DNA of 64,000 nucleotides from an uncultured Acetatifactor sp. (GTDB lineage: Bacteria > Bacillota > Clostridia > Lachnospirales > Lachnospiraceae). The notes under the pieces were generated by a model. It worked only from the letters and a program-made list of their open reading frames with translations. It ran no database searches and had not been told where the DNA came from. A program made the translations under genes and the position numbers. The stretch spans positions 72,765-136,764 of the forward strand of contig CALWSL010000005.1 in the NCBI GenBank assembly GCA_944384205.1. The letters run 5' to 3'. Shown here in pieces: positions 39,878-47,502 of the stretch (its first letter is position 1; each line of letters starts with the position of its first letter).

Positions 39878-40939
39878 CTACTCTCCAAAGTCAATCAAAT
39901 CCCAGCTCATCGGGGTGCCTGATTTTGCATCCTTACGAATTTTTTTCCCTAATAACTCTTCATAATATTTTGTATGCAGCCCACAGGCGGGACGCACGGA
40001 ACGAAGGTTTTCCGGTGTAAACACATCCCCCGCCTTCATATCCTTTGCCACAAACAGAGAGCGGGAATGTTCTCTTTCTCTTGCCGCCTTCGGACCTAAA
40101 TCATAAGTCACCTTTCCCAGCGCAGCTTCTATTTTACGAATATTATCTACCATTTCCTTAAATTCTTCAGGCTCCATGGAGAATGCCGAATCCGCGCCGC
40201 CATCCGCTCTGCGCAGGGTCAGATGCTTCTCCACTACCTTTGCCCCCAGCGCAACTGCCGCCCCCGGCACTGCACTGCCCATTGTATGATCGGACAAACC
40301 GGCAATGCAGTCAAAGGTTTCCGCCATGGAAGGGATGGTCCTCAGATTTACATCCTCATAGGGTGCAGGATAGGCAGACGTGCATTTTAAAATAATCACA
40401 TCTTCATTGCCCGCCTCACGGCAGGTTTTCACTGCCAGTTCAATATCCGACAGGTACGCAATGCCTGTCGCAAAAATAATCGGTTTTCCCAGCTTTGCAA
40501 TCTTCTTAATCATCGGAATGTCATTGATTTCAAAGGATGCGATTTTGTACGCCGGAACATCCATTTCCTCCAGAAAATCCACGCTGGTTAAGTCAAAGGG
40601 GGATGAGAAAAATTCCAATCCCATCTCCTCCGCAATTTTCTTTAATTTGGGCTGCCACTCCCAGGGCGTATAAGCGCTCTCGTACAATTTATGGAGCGTA
40701 GTGCCGTCCCAAAGGGTTCCCTGTGTTATCTGAAAACAGGGAGCGTCGCTGTCCAGCGTAATGGTATCCGCAGTATAGGTCTGAATCTTAATGGCGTCCG
40801 CGCCGGCGTCCTTCGCCGCCTGCATGATGGCTACCGCTCTGTCGAAATCCATATTGTGATTTGCGGACATCTCCGCAATGATAAAGGTCGGAGAATTTTC
40901 ACTGATGATATGATTGCCGATTTTTATTTCTTTGTGCAT
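39878..40939 (-). CDS. pseI: Pseudaminic acid synthase (NeuB family)
   Basis: IAEMSANHN, KIQTYTADT, YKIASFE, KCTSAYPA, GLSDHT, EKHLTL...DSAFSMEP, C-terminal SAF domain. Confidence 0.9.
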   Translation of the reverse strand: MHKEIKIGNHIISENSPTFIIAEMSANHNMDFDRAVAIMQAAKDAGADAIKIQTYTADTITLDSDAPCFQITQGTLWDGTTLHKLYESAYTPWEWQPKLKKIAEEMGLEFFSSPFDLTSVDFLEEMDVPAYKIASFEINDIPMIKKIAKLGKPIIFATGIAYLSDIELAVKTCREAGNEDVIILKCTSAYPAPYEDVNLRTIPSMAETFDCIAGLSDHTMGSAVPGAAVALGAKVVEKHLTLRRADGGADSAFSMEPEEFKEMVDNIRKIEAALGKVTYDLGPKAAREREHSRSLFVAKDMKAGDVFTPENLRSVRPACGLHTKYYEELLGKKIRKDAKSGTPMSWDLIDFGE

Positions 40940-41106
40940 AATTCTGTTTCCTTTCTTTCCAATATCTAAGCACTTGCTCCACTTGATTTATCAATTGTTC
41001 TTTATCAGGCGTATCAATATACACCTCTTTTCGTACACAGAATCTTTTTTTATAAATATTTTTTAACATTCACTTTTAATTTTTTCTTTCAATACCTTTC
41101 ATAAAA

Positions 41107-41340
41107 TTATTGTTGCTTTAATTTTCTCCAAATGATTAGCTTTATCATGATAGACACTATCAAAACAACAATCGTAAATAAACCATAAACTAAAATGCTT
41201 GTATACCATGGAGCTGGTTGCATAGCATATAAATCGGGATGTGTCTTGTAATCCCAAAATACATATATTCCATGTCCTATAAAAACTCCGATAAACGAAC
41301 CAATTACTATATTCAAGATGTTATTTAATTTTTTTAACAT
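41107..41340 (-). CDS. Small two-TM membrane protein of unknown function
   Basis: GGAGG 8 nt before ATG; 77 aa with two hydrophobic helices; AT-rich. Confidence 0.7.
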   Translation of the reverse strand: MLKKLNNILNIVIGSFIGVFIGHGIYVFWDYKTHPDLYAMQPAPWYTSILVYGLFTIVVLIVSIMIKLIIWRKLKQQ

Positions 41341-41372
41341 ATTGAGTGCCTCCATAAAATTCCGGTTTTCTA

Positions 41373-41401
41373 TTGCGCAAAGAACGTATGTTTGTTATAA
41401 T
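41373..41401 (+). promoter_or_regulatory. Sigma-A promoter of the type I toxin mRNA
   Basis: TTGCGC-17 nt-TATAAT with TG extension. Confidence 0.65.
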
Positions 41402-41562
41402 TATATTAGGTGCTACCATAACGGTAGGCGGTTAGTCTTCTACGGAGGACAATCCGCCTCTGGCGGCTATGTGACCCTCCGATTACAATGTATCTTTGAT
41501 ACCAATGTATCTTTGATACATAGAAATCTGCTTGCAGAAATCTTGACAAAGGAGGCTTTGCT

Positions 41563-41661
41563 ATGCTCACTATCGAAAGCTTGATTGCTGTCATCAGCTT
41601 ATGCTTGACATGTTTCAGTCTTGGCTATTCGCTTGGGCGTAATAGCAAGACACAAAAATAA
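41563..41661 (+). CDS. 32-aa hydrophobic peptide, putative type I toxin
   Basis: AAGGAGG 7 nt before ATG; MLTIESLIAVISLCLTCFSLGYSLGRNSKTQK has one TM and a basic tail; below the ORF-track cutoff. Confidence 0.78.
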   Translation: MLTIESLIAVISLCLTCFSLGYSLGRNSKTQK

Positions 41662-41740
41662 CCGCCAAGTCTGCACACTCAGCGGTTATCAATATAACTA
41701 ACGAATAACAGGCTAACCGTCTATCGGTAGCACTTTTTCT
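41653..41740 (-). ncRNA. Putative antisense antitoxin RNA
   Basis: Convergent promoter TTGACA(41775-41770)-17 nt-TAAGAT(41752-41747); ends in hairpin TAACCGC...GCGGTTA plus a T run overlapping the toxin stop; boundaries approximate. Confidence 0.65.
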
Positions 41741-41792
41741 ATTATTATCTTACCACTAAGCAATTTCTTTGTCAATTATCCAATATACGAAG

Positions 41793-42311
41793 TTATCTAT
41801 CAATAATACCTTTTATAAAATCAGCTACTTCCTCTACTGTTTCCTCAATCGTCATATTTGTATTATCTATAAAAAACTGAAACTTGTTTGCATTTTTCTG
41901 AAACCAATTATTATATTCAATCTGACCTGCTATAAACTCGTCGCTTCCACACATTCTTTCTTCCGGTCTTGCTTTTAACCTTTTCGCAATTTCTTCATTT
42001 GAGCAAGTCATTCCAATAAAAAAGGTTGATGTGATTTCTTGCGGAACACTAACCTTTCCGTAAAAGTCATAGGGATTCATACAGGTCACAAAAAATAAAT
42101 TCTTATCCTTTGCCATTCTCACTGCTTCTGCCAGACAATCATCGCTAAACTTAGCTTCATTTTCCGTTCCGGCATAATCCCACCAGTTGATACCAACTTC
42201 ATCGGTATCTATACATTCGTAATTATTTAACAAACCACGTTTGGTTAATTCATCCCTTATTGTAGATTTTCCAACTCCACAAGCCGAACATAATATCACT
42301 AATTTTTTCAT
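41793..42311 (-). CDS. P-loop nucleotide-kinase-like protein
   Basis: MKKLVILCSACGVGKST (Walker A variant), RLKARPEERM lid, FIDNT; AT-rich. Confidence 0.75.
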   Translation of the reverse strand: MKKLVILCSACGVGKSTIRDELTKRGLLNNYECIDTDEVGINWWDYAGTENEAKFSDDCLAEAVRMAKDKNLFFVTCMNPYDFYGKVSVPQEITSTFFIGMTCSNEEIAKRLKARPEERMCGSDEFIAGQIEYNNWFQKNANKFQFFIDNTNMTIEETVEEVADFIKGIIDR

Positions 42312-42328
42312 AATCCAGCCCTGTTCCA

Positions 42329-42388
42329 ATTCAGTCCTGACTATTCGCCTGAGCGTAATAATAAGCCACAAATAACCGCCAAGTCTGC
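42329..42388 (+). pseudogene. Degenerate copy of the 3' half of the type I toxin gene
   Basis: TTCAGTCCTGACTATTCGCCTGAGCGTAAT...AAATAACCGCCAAGTCTGC aligns with 41613-41674; the last 19 bp are identical. Confidence 0.7.
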
Positions 42389-42396
42389 GCAGCCCT

Positions 42397-42942
42397 TTAC
42401 ACAAATTCTATCTTCTCATACTTCTTCCCGCCTCGAATCTGCTTCCATCGCTGCGCTGTCATACGCATAAAAGTCACATCATAATAGACGCCTTCCTTGC
42501 AGACATGGTTCTTTTTTTCCTCCACAATTTCACAGCCGCAAAGCTTATGAAGTGCAATGACGCCCTGATTCAGCGTAAAAATATCACCGTACACCGCATT
42601 CTTATGAAGCTGGTCAAACACATAATCATACATGCTCATTTCTAAAGAAAGTGCGGTTTTCATACTGCGCAGCCTTTTTTCTCCCATGTAGTATGCCCAG
42701 CCCAAATCACCGGACGGATTTGACAGTCCTGTCAGATTTATAACGCCCGCAGGCTCTCCATCGACCTCAATCATCCAATAGCGCACATCCGCATTGTTAC
42801 GGATAGAGGCAAGCCATTTCTTCTGCCCCTCCAGGGTCAGTTTCGGGTTGGTATTCATATATTTTGTGATTTCCTCATCCATGCGCCAACGCATGATATT
42901 TTCCAAATCACTCTCCTGTATTGCACGCAATGTAACACTCAT
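42397..42942 (-). CDS. pseH: PseH-like GNAT N-acyltransferase
   Basis: LENIMRWRM, QKKW, WAYY, VIALHKLCG; GNAT pattern inside the pse cluster. Confidence 0.78.
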   Translation of the reverse strand: MSVTLRAIQESDLENIMRWRMDEEITKYMNTNPKLTLEGQKKWLASIRNNADVRYWMIEVDGEPAGVINLTGLSNPSGDLGWAYYMGEKRLRSMKTALSLEMSMYDYVFDQLHKNAVYGDIFTLNQGVIALHKLCGCEIVEEKKNHVCKEGVYYDVTFMRMTAQRWKQIRGGKKYEKIEFV

Positions 42943-42975
42943 AGCAAATCCTTACCTTTTCCGCAATCCGCAAAC

Positions 42976-43194
42976 TTAACAGCCTGCCTTTTCCAAAAGC
43001 TCTTTCATCGTAGTGATTTCGATTGCTTCATCCAGCGGAATGGAAATGCCAAGCTTGCTTTCCAGCTCCCCGATAATCATAACGTGGGCAAGGGAATCCC
43101 ACTGCTCCACATCTCCGATTTGTGTTTCCTCCGTAATGGTTCCCGGTGCAACCTTTAAAATTTCTTCTATTAATGCAATTATTTTTTCCTTCAT
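42976..43194 (-). CDS. Acyl carrier protein
   Basis: 72 aa, WDSLAHV phosphopantetheine site. Confidence 0.9.
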   Translation of the reverse strand: MKEKIIALIEEILKVAPGTITEETQIGDVEQWDSLAHVMIIGELESKLGISIPLDEAIEITTMKELLEKAGC

Positions 43195-44873
43195 GCTCTA
43201 TCCTTTCCCTTCTGCGTTATCGCATCCATATAACACATTACCCGTTCCACAAAATGCTCCCTTTTCGGAGCCTTCTCAATCTCCACCAAAAATTCTGTTT
43301 TACCATCCGGACCTTTGCATGTTCTGTCATACCCCAGCCGCTCATAAAGCTGCGCAACCGGCTTATTCTTTGCAGTAGGGATATAACTTCCCTTCAATTT
43401 ATCATAGCCTGCGCCCTTTAAATCCTGCTCCACATCCTCAATAATGGCATCTTCAATGTTTTTACCCATGATGCGGCAGCTCATAACAAATTCCTCTACC
43501 TCCGGCACTTCCCCTGACAAATCCGCAATGACTGCCGCCACCACGCCGTTATCCCCGAAACGGTCCTTCACATCATACAGATAAACCCGCTTCTTCTCAT
43601 CCCCAAGAATCTGCTGTATTTCACTCTGCGTATAGCGTTTGGTGGTTAAATTAAACTGATTGGTTTTATTCACAAGCTGGGTCAGACGCTCCACGTTTGC
43701 CGCCGCGTCCACTCTCTCCATGGTAATTTCGAGCTGCTTTAAATAATCCGCAAAGCTTCCTACACTGTTCTTAAGTTCATTCCGCTTCACATTATCCGCA
43801 TACTGCTTCGTCTTTGCCAAATCCTCGCCTGTCAAAAAGGCTTTTGCAAAATATTCCTGATAAATTGCCGTCATGGCTCCTGCCAAATCCTCCGCCTTAT
43901 CCGGAAAATCGGGCACTGCCACCTGCGGAAGCATCTCTTTAATGAGCTGACGCTCCGTAGCATTGTCATCAAAAAACACAAAGGAATCCAATCCCAGATT
44001 CAATTCCTCCGCAATCTCCTGAATGTTCTCATGCTTCGGCTTCCAGTTCACCTTCTGTATGGCAAAACACTCCGGGCGAAGCACCATATGGGGGTGCTCC
44101 GACAAAATCCCGTTTACATCATCTTCATTATTCTTCGATACAATTCCCAGCAAAACGCCCTGCTTCTGCATCTGCAAAATCACCCTTTGCAGATTCTTGT
44201 ACGCCAGTCCGCTATGTTCCTCGCTCAGTACAATGGGCGTGTGGTCTGCTTCTCCTGCCAGCCCTCCCCACAGCGTATTGTCCAGGTCCAGCAAAAGCAC
44301 CTTCTTCGGAACACTGTTTTCAATGCGCACCTTATCCAGAATGCACTGACACAGGCTTTTCTGGGCGTCGCTGCCATGAAGGATTCTTCCCATATACCAC
44401 ATTTTCAGGGAAAAGGCGTTTGCCTCTCCAAGCTCCTCTATCAGACTGCGGTAAGGAAAGCTTCTCACATTTGCATGAGCTTTGCACAAGTTTTCCAGTC
44501 TTTCCTGCCAAAACTGCTCCAGCTTGCATTTACGGCTTTTATCAAATAATACCGCAAGCTCCACGCCCCACAGATAAGCATCGGAAACATAGTAAATACA
44601 CTGCTCCTGCAAGGCTTGCTCCAACTGTGAAAACCAGTTATCAATCTTTGCCTTTGCCGTCTCAGGCTCCAAATCATGCTCCAAAAGCTCCATCAAATCC
44701 TCAATCACAAAGGTAATCTCCGGCGCAAAGGCATGATAGGAAGAAGCCGGATTCATCAGTGTCCCCAGCTCGTTTCCATACCCTTCCGCCTCGTAGACCT
44801 CAACATCCTTCTGCAGCAGGCGGATGACAAAATTCATATTCACATTTGAAAGCAGTGCAATTTTATTTGCCAT
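43191..44873 (-). CDS. fkbH: FkbH-like HAD-IIIC phosphatase / glyceryl-ACP synthase
   Basis: LLLDLDNTLWGG, SKNN, INW-like VNW.PK, VFFDDN..ER, KTNQFNLTT, DRFGDNG, FVMSCR. Confidence 0.92.
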   Translation of the reverse strand: MANKIALLSNVNMNFVIRLLQKDVEVYEAEGYGNELGTLMNPASSYHAFAPEITFVIEDLMELLEHDLEPETAKAKIDNWFSQLEQALQEQCIYYVSDAYLWGVELAVLFDKSRKCKLEQFWQERLENLCKAHANVRSFPYRSLIEELGEANAFSLKMWYMGRILHGSDAQKSLCQCILDKVRIENSVPKKVLLLDLDNTLWGGLAGEADHTPIVLSEEHSGLAYKNLQRVILQMQKQGVLLGIVSKNNEDDVNGILSEHPHMVLRPECFAIQKVNWKPKHENIQEIAEELNLGLDSFVFFDDNATERQLIKEMLPQVAVPDFPDKAEDLAGAMTAIYQEYFAKAFLTGEDLAKTKQYADNVKRNELKNSVGSFADYLKQLEITMERVDAAANVERLTQLVNKTNQFNLTTKRYTQSEIQQILGDEKKRVYLYDVKDRFGDNGVVAAVIADLSGEVPEVEEFVMSCRIMGKNIEDAIIEDVEQDLKGAGYDKLKGSYIPTAKNKPVAQLYERLGYDRTCKGPDGKTEFLVEIEKAPKREHFVERVMCYMDAITQKGKDRA

Positions 44874-44964
44874 TATATTCCTCATTTCTGCGCTTCCCTT
44901 TCCCTTGGCGCATAATCAATGTTTTTGCAAAAGTACGCGCAGTACGGACTTTTGCGCGCCAGGG

Positions 44965-45666
44965 TTACTGCTCACACTTCTCCATCATGATACGGTACTT
45001 CATTTCCGCAATCTCCCAATCCGTCTGATTGTCAATATCCTGTACCTCCAGCTCAGGAATAACCATAGGCAGAATATTTCCTATCATCAGCTTACGGTTT
45101 CGTTTGAAACTTTCCGTCCGGAACACATAAAACTGTCCCACGTCATGATAATGCGGCTCTAAGTCTTGGGAACGGCTGTCCAGATACTCAGGATACTCAA
45201 ATATCAGCCGCTCATTTTTTACTATCATAGCACGTTGCGGCGGATATGAAAAGGGCACCACCGGAATTAACGTGTCTGCATCGCTCTCCAAAAGCTGCTC
45301 CACTGCGCTCTGCAATTTCGCTGCCGTCACAAAAGGAGCGGTGGGATAAATACAGCATCCCAAATCAAAGTACTCCCCCCGCTTCTCGTATTCCTCCAGC
45401 ACTTCCAAAATAACATCGTTGGTGGTGGCAAAATCCCCGGCGGTCTTTTCACTGCGGTAAAAAGGCACCTTTGCACCATACTGCTTAGCCAACTGTGCAA
45501 TCTCTTTATCTTCCGTGGACACCATAACCTCATCGAAGATTCCCGAAGAGACAGCCGCCTCGATGGAATATGCCAGAATCGGCTTTCCGCAGAAGTCCTT
45601 TATATTTTTTCTGGGGATACGCTTACTGCCTCCCCTTGCGGTAATAATTGCAATCTTTTTCATCAT
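44965..45666 (-). CDS. pseF: Pseudaminic acid cytidylyltransferase
   Basis: ITARGGSKRIPRKNIK, CIYPTAPF, RSQDLE..YHDVGQFY, VQDID...DW. Confidence 0.9.
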   Translation of the reverse strand: MMKKIAIITARGGSKRIPRKNIKDFCGKPILAYSIEAAVSSGIFDEVMVSTEDKEIAQLAKQYGAKVPFYRSEKTAGDFATTNDVILEVLEEYEKRGEYFDLGCCIYPTAPFVTAAKLQSAVEQLLESDADTLIPVVPFSYPPQRAMIVKNERLIFEYPEYLDSRSQDLEPHYHDVGQFYVFRTESFKRNRKLMIGNILPMVIPELEVQDIDNQTDWEIAEMKYRIMMEKCEQ

Positions 45667-45720
45667 CGTTTCCTTCTTTCTTAAATTTCCGGTGCGGGTC
45701 AGGACGTAGAACGGTATCCC

Positions 45721-47499
45721 TTACCGGAAAATCTCCCAGCCGTTCATTAAAATATCGTTCAGCATCCATGTGCCGTATATAAATGCCAAAATTCCTGCTG
45801 ACACCAGCGTCGCTCTTCCTTTTACGATACCGTTTGCTCCCTCTGTACTGCCGCTCCGGTAACAGCCAAGAAAGAACAGCACACACACCAGCAGGGTAAT
45901 AGCTGCCGAAACAACATCTATTCCCATGCAGCCATATCCTGTGACAAATGCTGCGGCTAAGATAAACGGAGCTATAAACAGTCTCTCCTTTCCCTTCATT
46001 CCACTACGGCAAATCCGGCAAAGCGCCCATGCCGCCAACGGCAGAAACGCCATTATTGTATAAGCTTTCACATCTGCCACAGTGTAAAGCAAACGGATTC
46101 TTGCAGGCAGCAGCACATAAATCACCGCACCCAGCAGTCCTTCGTACCTGCTCTCCAGAGCTTTGGAAAAACTCAGGTAGGCAATCACTGCGGTAATACT
46201 ATTTATCCCAATCACAAACAGGCGGTACAGAAGACTGGTGTTACTTCCCAATCCATTCAGGAATGTCGACATTTTATCCAAATATGCAAACAATTCCTCT
46301 CCCACAATCACATAATCCACCAGCATGGGCAGGGAGGCGAGCAGCGCCAGCACCGGAAGCCAGAATAATACTAATTTGCCTGGAGCTTTTTTCCAGGAAC
46401 CTGCTTCCCGGGAATCCGCTTTCTCCAAATTCGCTTTCCGCACATCAAATTCCCTTAAAAAACTACCTACCGGAAGTCTTTTCAGCATATAGCAGGCAAT
46501 CCAAATCAGTCCTCCGCACGCCGCAACGCCCCATTTTGCCGGAGACTGCATCCAAGCCAGCAAGATGGAAAACAACATATTTTTATTCTGTAGCAAATCC
46601 CACGGAAACAAATTGCTGCTAAGAATCATCAGAATACTTACAATGCAGAGCACTCTCCCGCTGCCGTCTCTGGGAATCTTCCGAACAAACAGATTCCACA
46701 AATAAAGAAATACAAGCGCCACCACCGCCACGCCCACACCCATGGACTGAAGCCCTACGGCGCCGGTTGCCGCAACGCCAAGTCCGCTTCCGTCTGTGGG
46801 GAAAATGCTCAGATACTGTATCAGATACATCCCCATCATACGAAAGTTTTCAGGAATCTGCTCCCCAACAAAGGAAGCATCCCTCATTTGCATCAGAAAG
46901 GGAAACAACACAACTGCACTGATAATCGCCGTTGCTAAAATAGTTTTTCCCACGCAGACAAGGGTTTCTTTCCGCAGGCTTTTCTTTCCCATGACGAGAA
47001 AAGTTACTGCCGCACCTCCCACAGCCACAAGGAAAAAGGCAGGGGAAAAAGCCGCCAGCAGACCAAACCCAATAGTGAGCGTCACCCACGCATGATTCTT
47101 TTGCATAGTTCTTTTGCCTGATTCCGCCTGCTCTGCAGCATCGTCAGCGCTCCGAGCCTCCGCGGGAATCCGGTACGTCTGCACCAGCCCCAGAATCACA
47201 AAGGGAAAGACACTCCATGCAATACCCTCTTTCAAATTACCCTGAATATACAAATCACTGAGACGATACGGACACCATGTATACAACAGACTGCCCGCCA
47301 GTCCGATATTACGGCTCTCAAACATCCTGCCATAACAAAAAGCGGCAATCCCCGCCGTGAGCAGATTCACCAGCGCTGAAACCAGCTTTTGTCTGACATC
47401 CAATGCGCAGGTCTCCATCCCAAGAGGGATAGAAGCCGCACCTGCAATCAGAAAAACCAAACAGATGTTTCGTTTACTTTTCTTCCAAAAATCCGTCAT
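45721..47499 (-). CDS. Polytopic membrane protein (YfhO/PTPS-related GT-C-like), with an internal duplicated segment
   Basis: Many TMs; two similar modules (CYGRMFESRNIGLAGSLLYTWCPYR / FSKALESRYEGLLGAVIYVLLPAR). Confidence 0.55.
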   Translation of the reverse strand: MTDFWKKSKRNICLVFLIAGAASIPLGMETCALDVRQKLVSALVNLLTAGIAAFCYGRMFESRNIGLAGSLLYTWCPYRLSDLYIQGNLKEGIAWSVFPFVILGLVQTYRIPAEARSADDAAEQAESGKRTMQKNHAWVTLTIGFGLLAAFSPAFFLVAVGGAAVTFLVMGKKSLRKETLVCVGKTILATAIISAVVLFPFLMQMRDASFVGEQIPENFRMMGMYLIQYLSIFPTDGSGLGVAATGAVGLQSMGVGVAVVALVFLYLWNLFVRKIPRDGSGRVLCIVSILMILSSNLFPWDLLQNKNMLFSILLAWMQSPAKWGVAACGGLIWIACYMLKRLPVGSFLREFDVRKANLEKADSREAGSWKKAPGKLVLFWLPVLALLASLPMLVDYVIVGEELFAYLDKMSTFLNGLGSNTSLLYRLFVIGINSITAVIAYLSFSKALESRYEGLLGAVIYVLLPARIRLLYTVADVKAYTIMAFLPLAAWALCRICRSGMKGKERLFIAPFILAAAFVTGYGCMGIDVVSAAITLLVCVLFFLGCYRSGSTEGANGIVKGRATLVSAGILAFIYGTWMLNDILMNGWEIFR

Positions 47500-47502
47500 G
47501 TT

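Noticed and set aside
40900-41069. Short minus-strand ORF (MLKNIYKKRFCVRKEVYIDTPDKEQL...) overlapping the pseI start
   Set aside because: No RBS and no recognisable family; at best an unassignable remnant at the islet edge
44920-44955. Small hairpin between pseF and fkbH
   Set aside because: 8-bp stem without a U-tract; function cannot be supported
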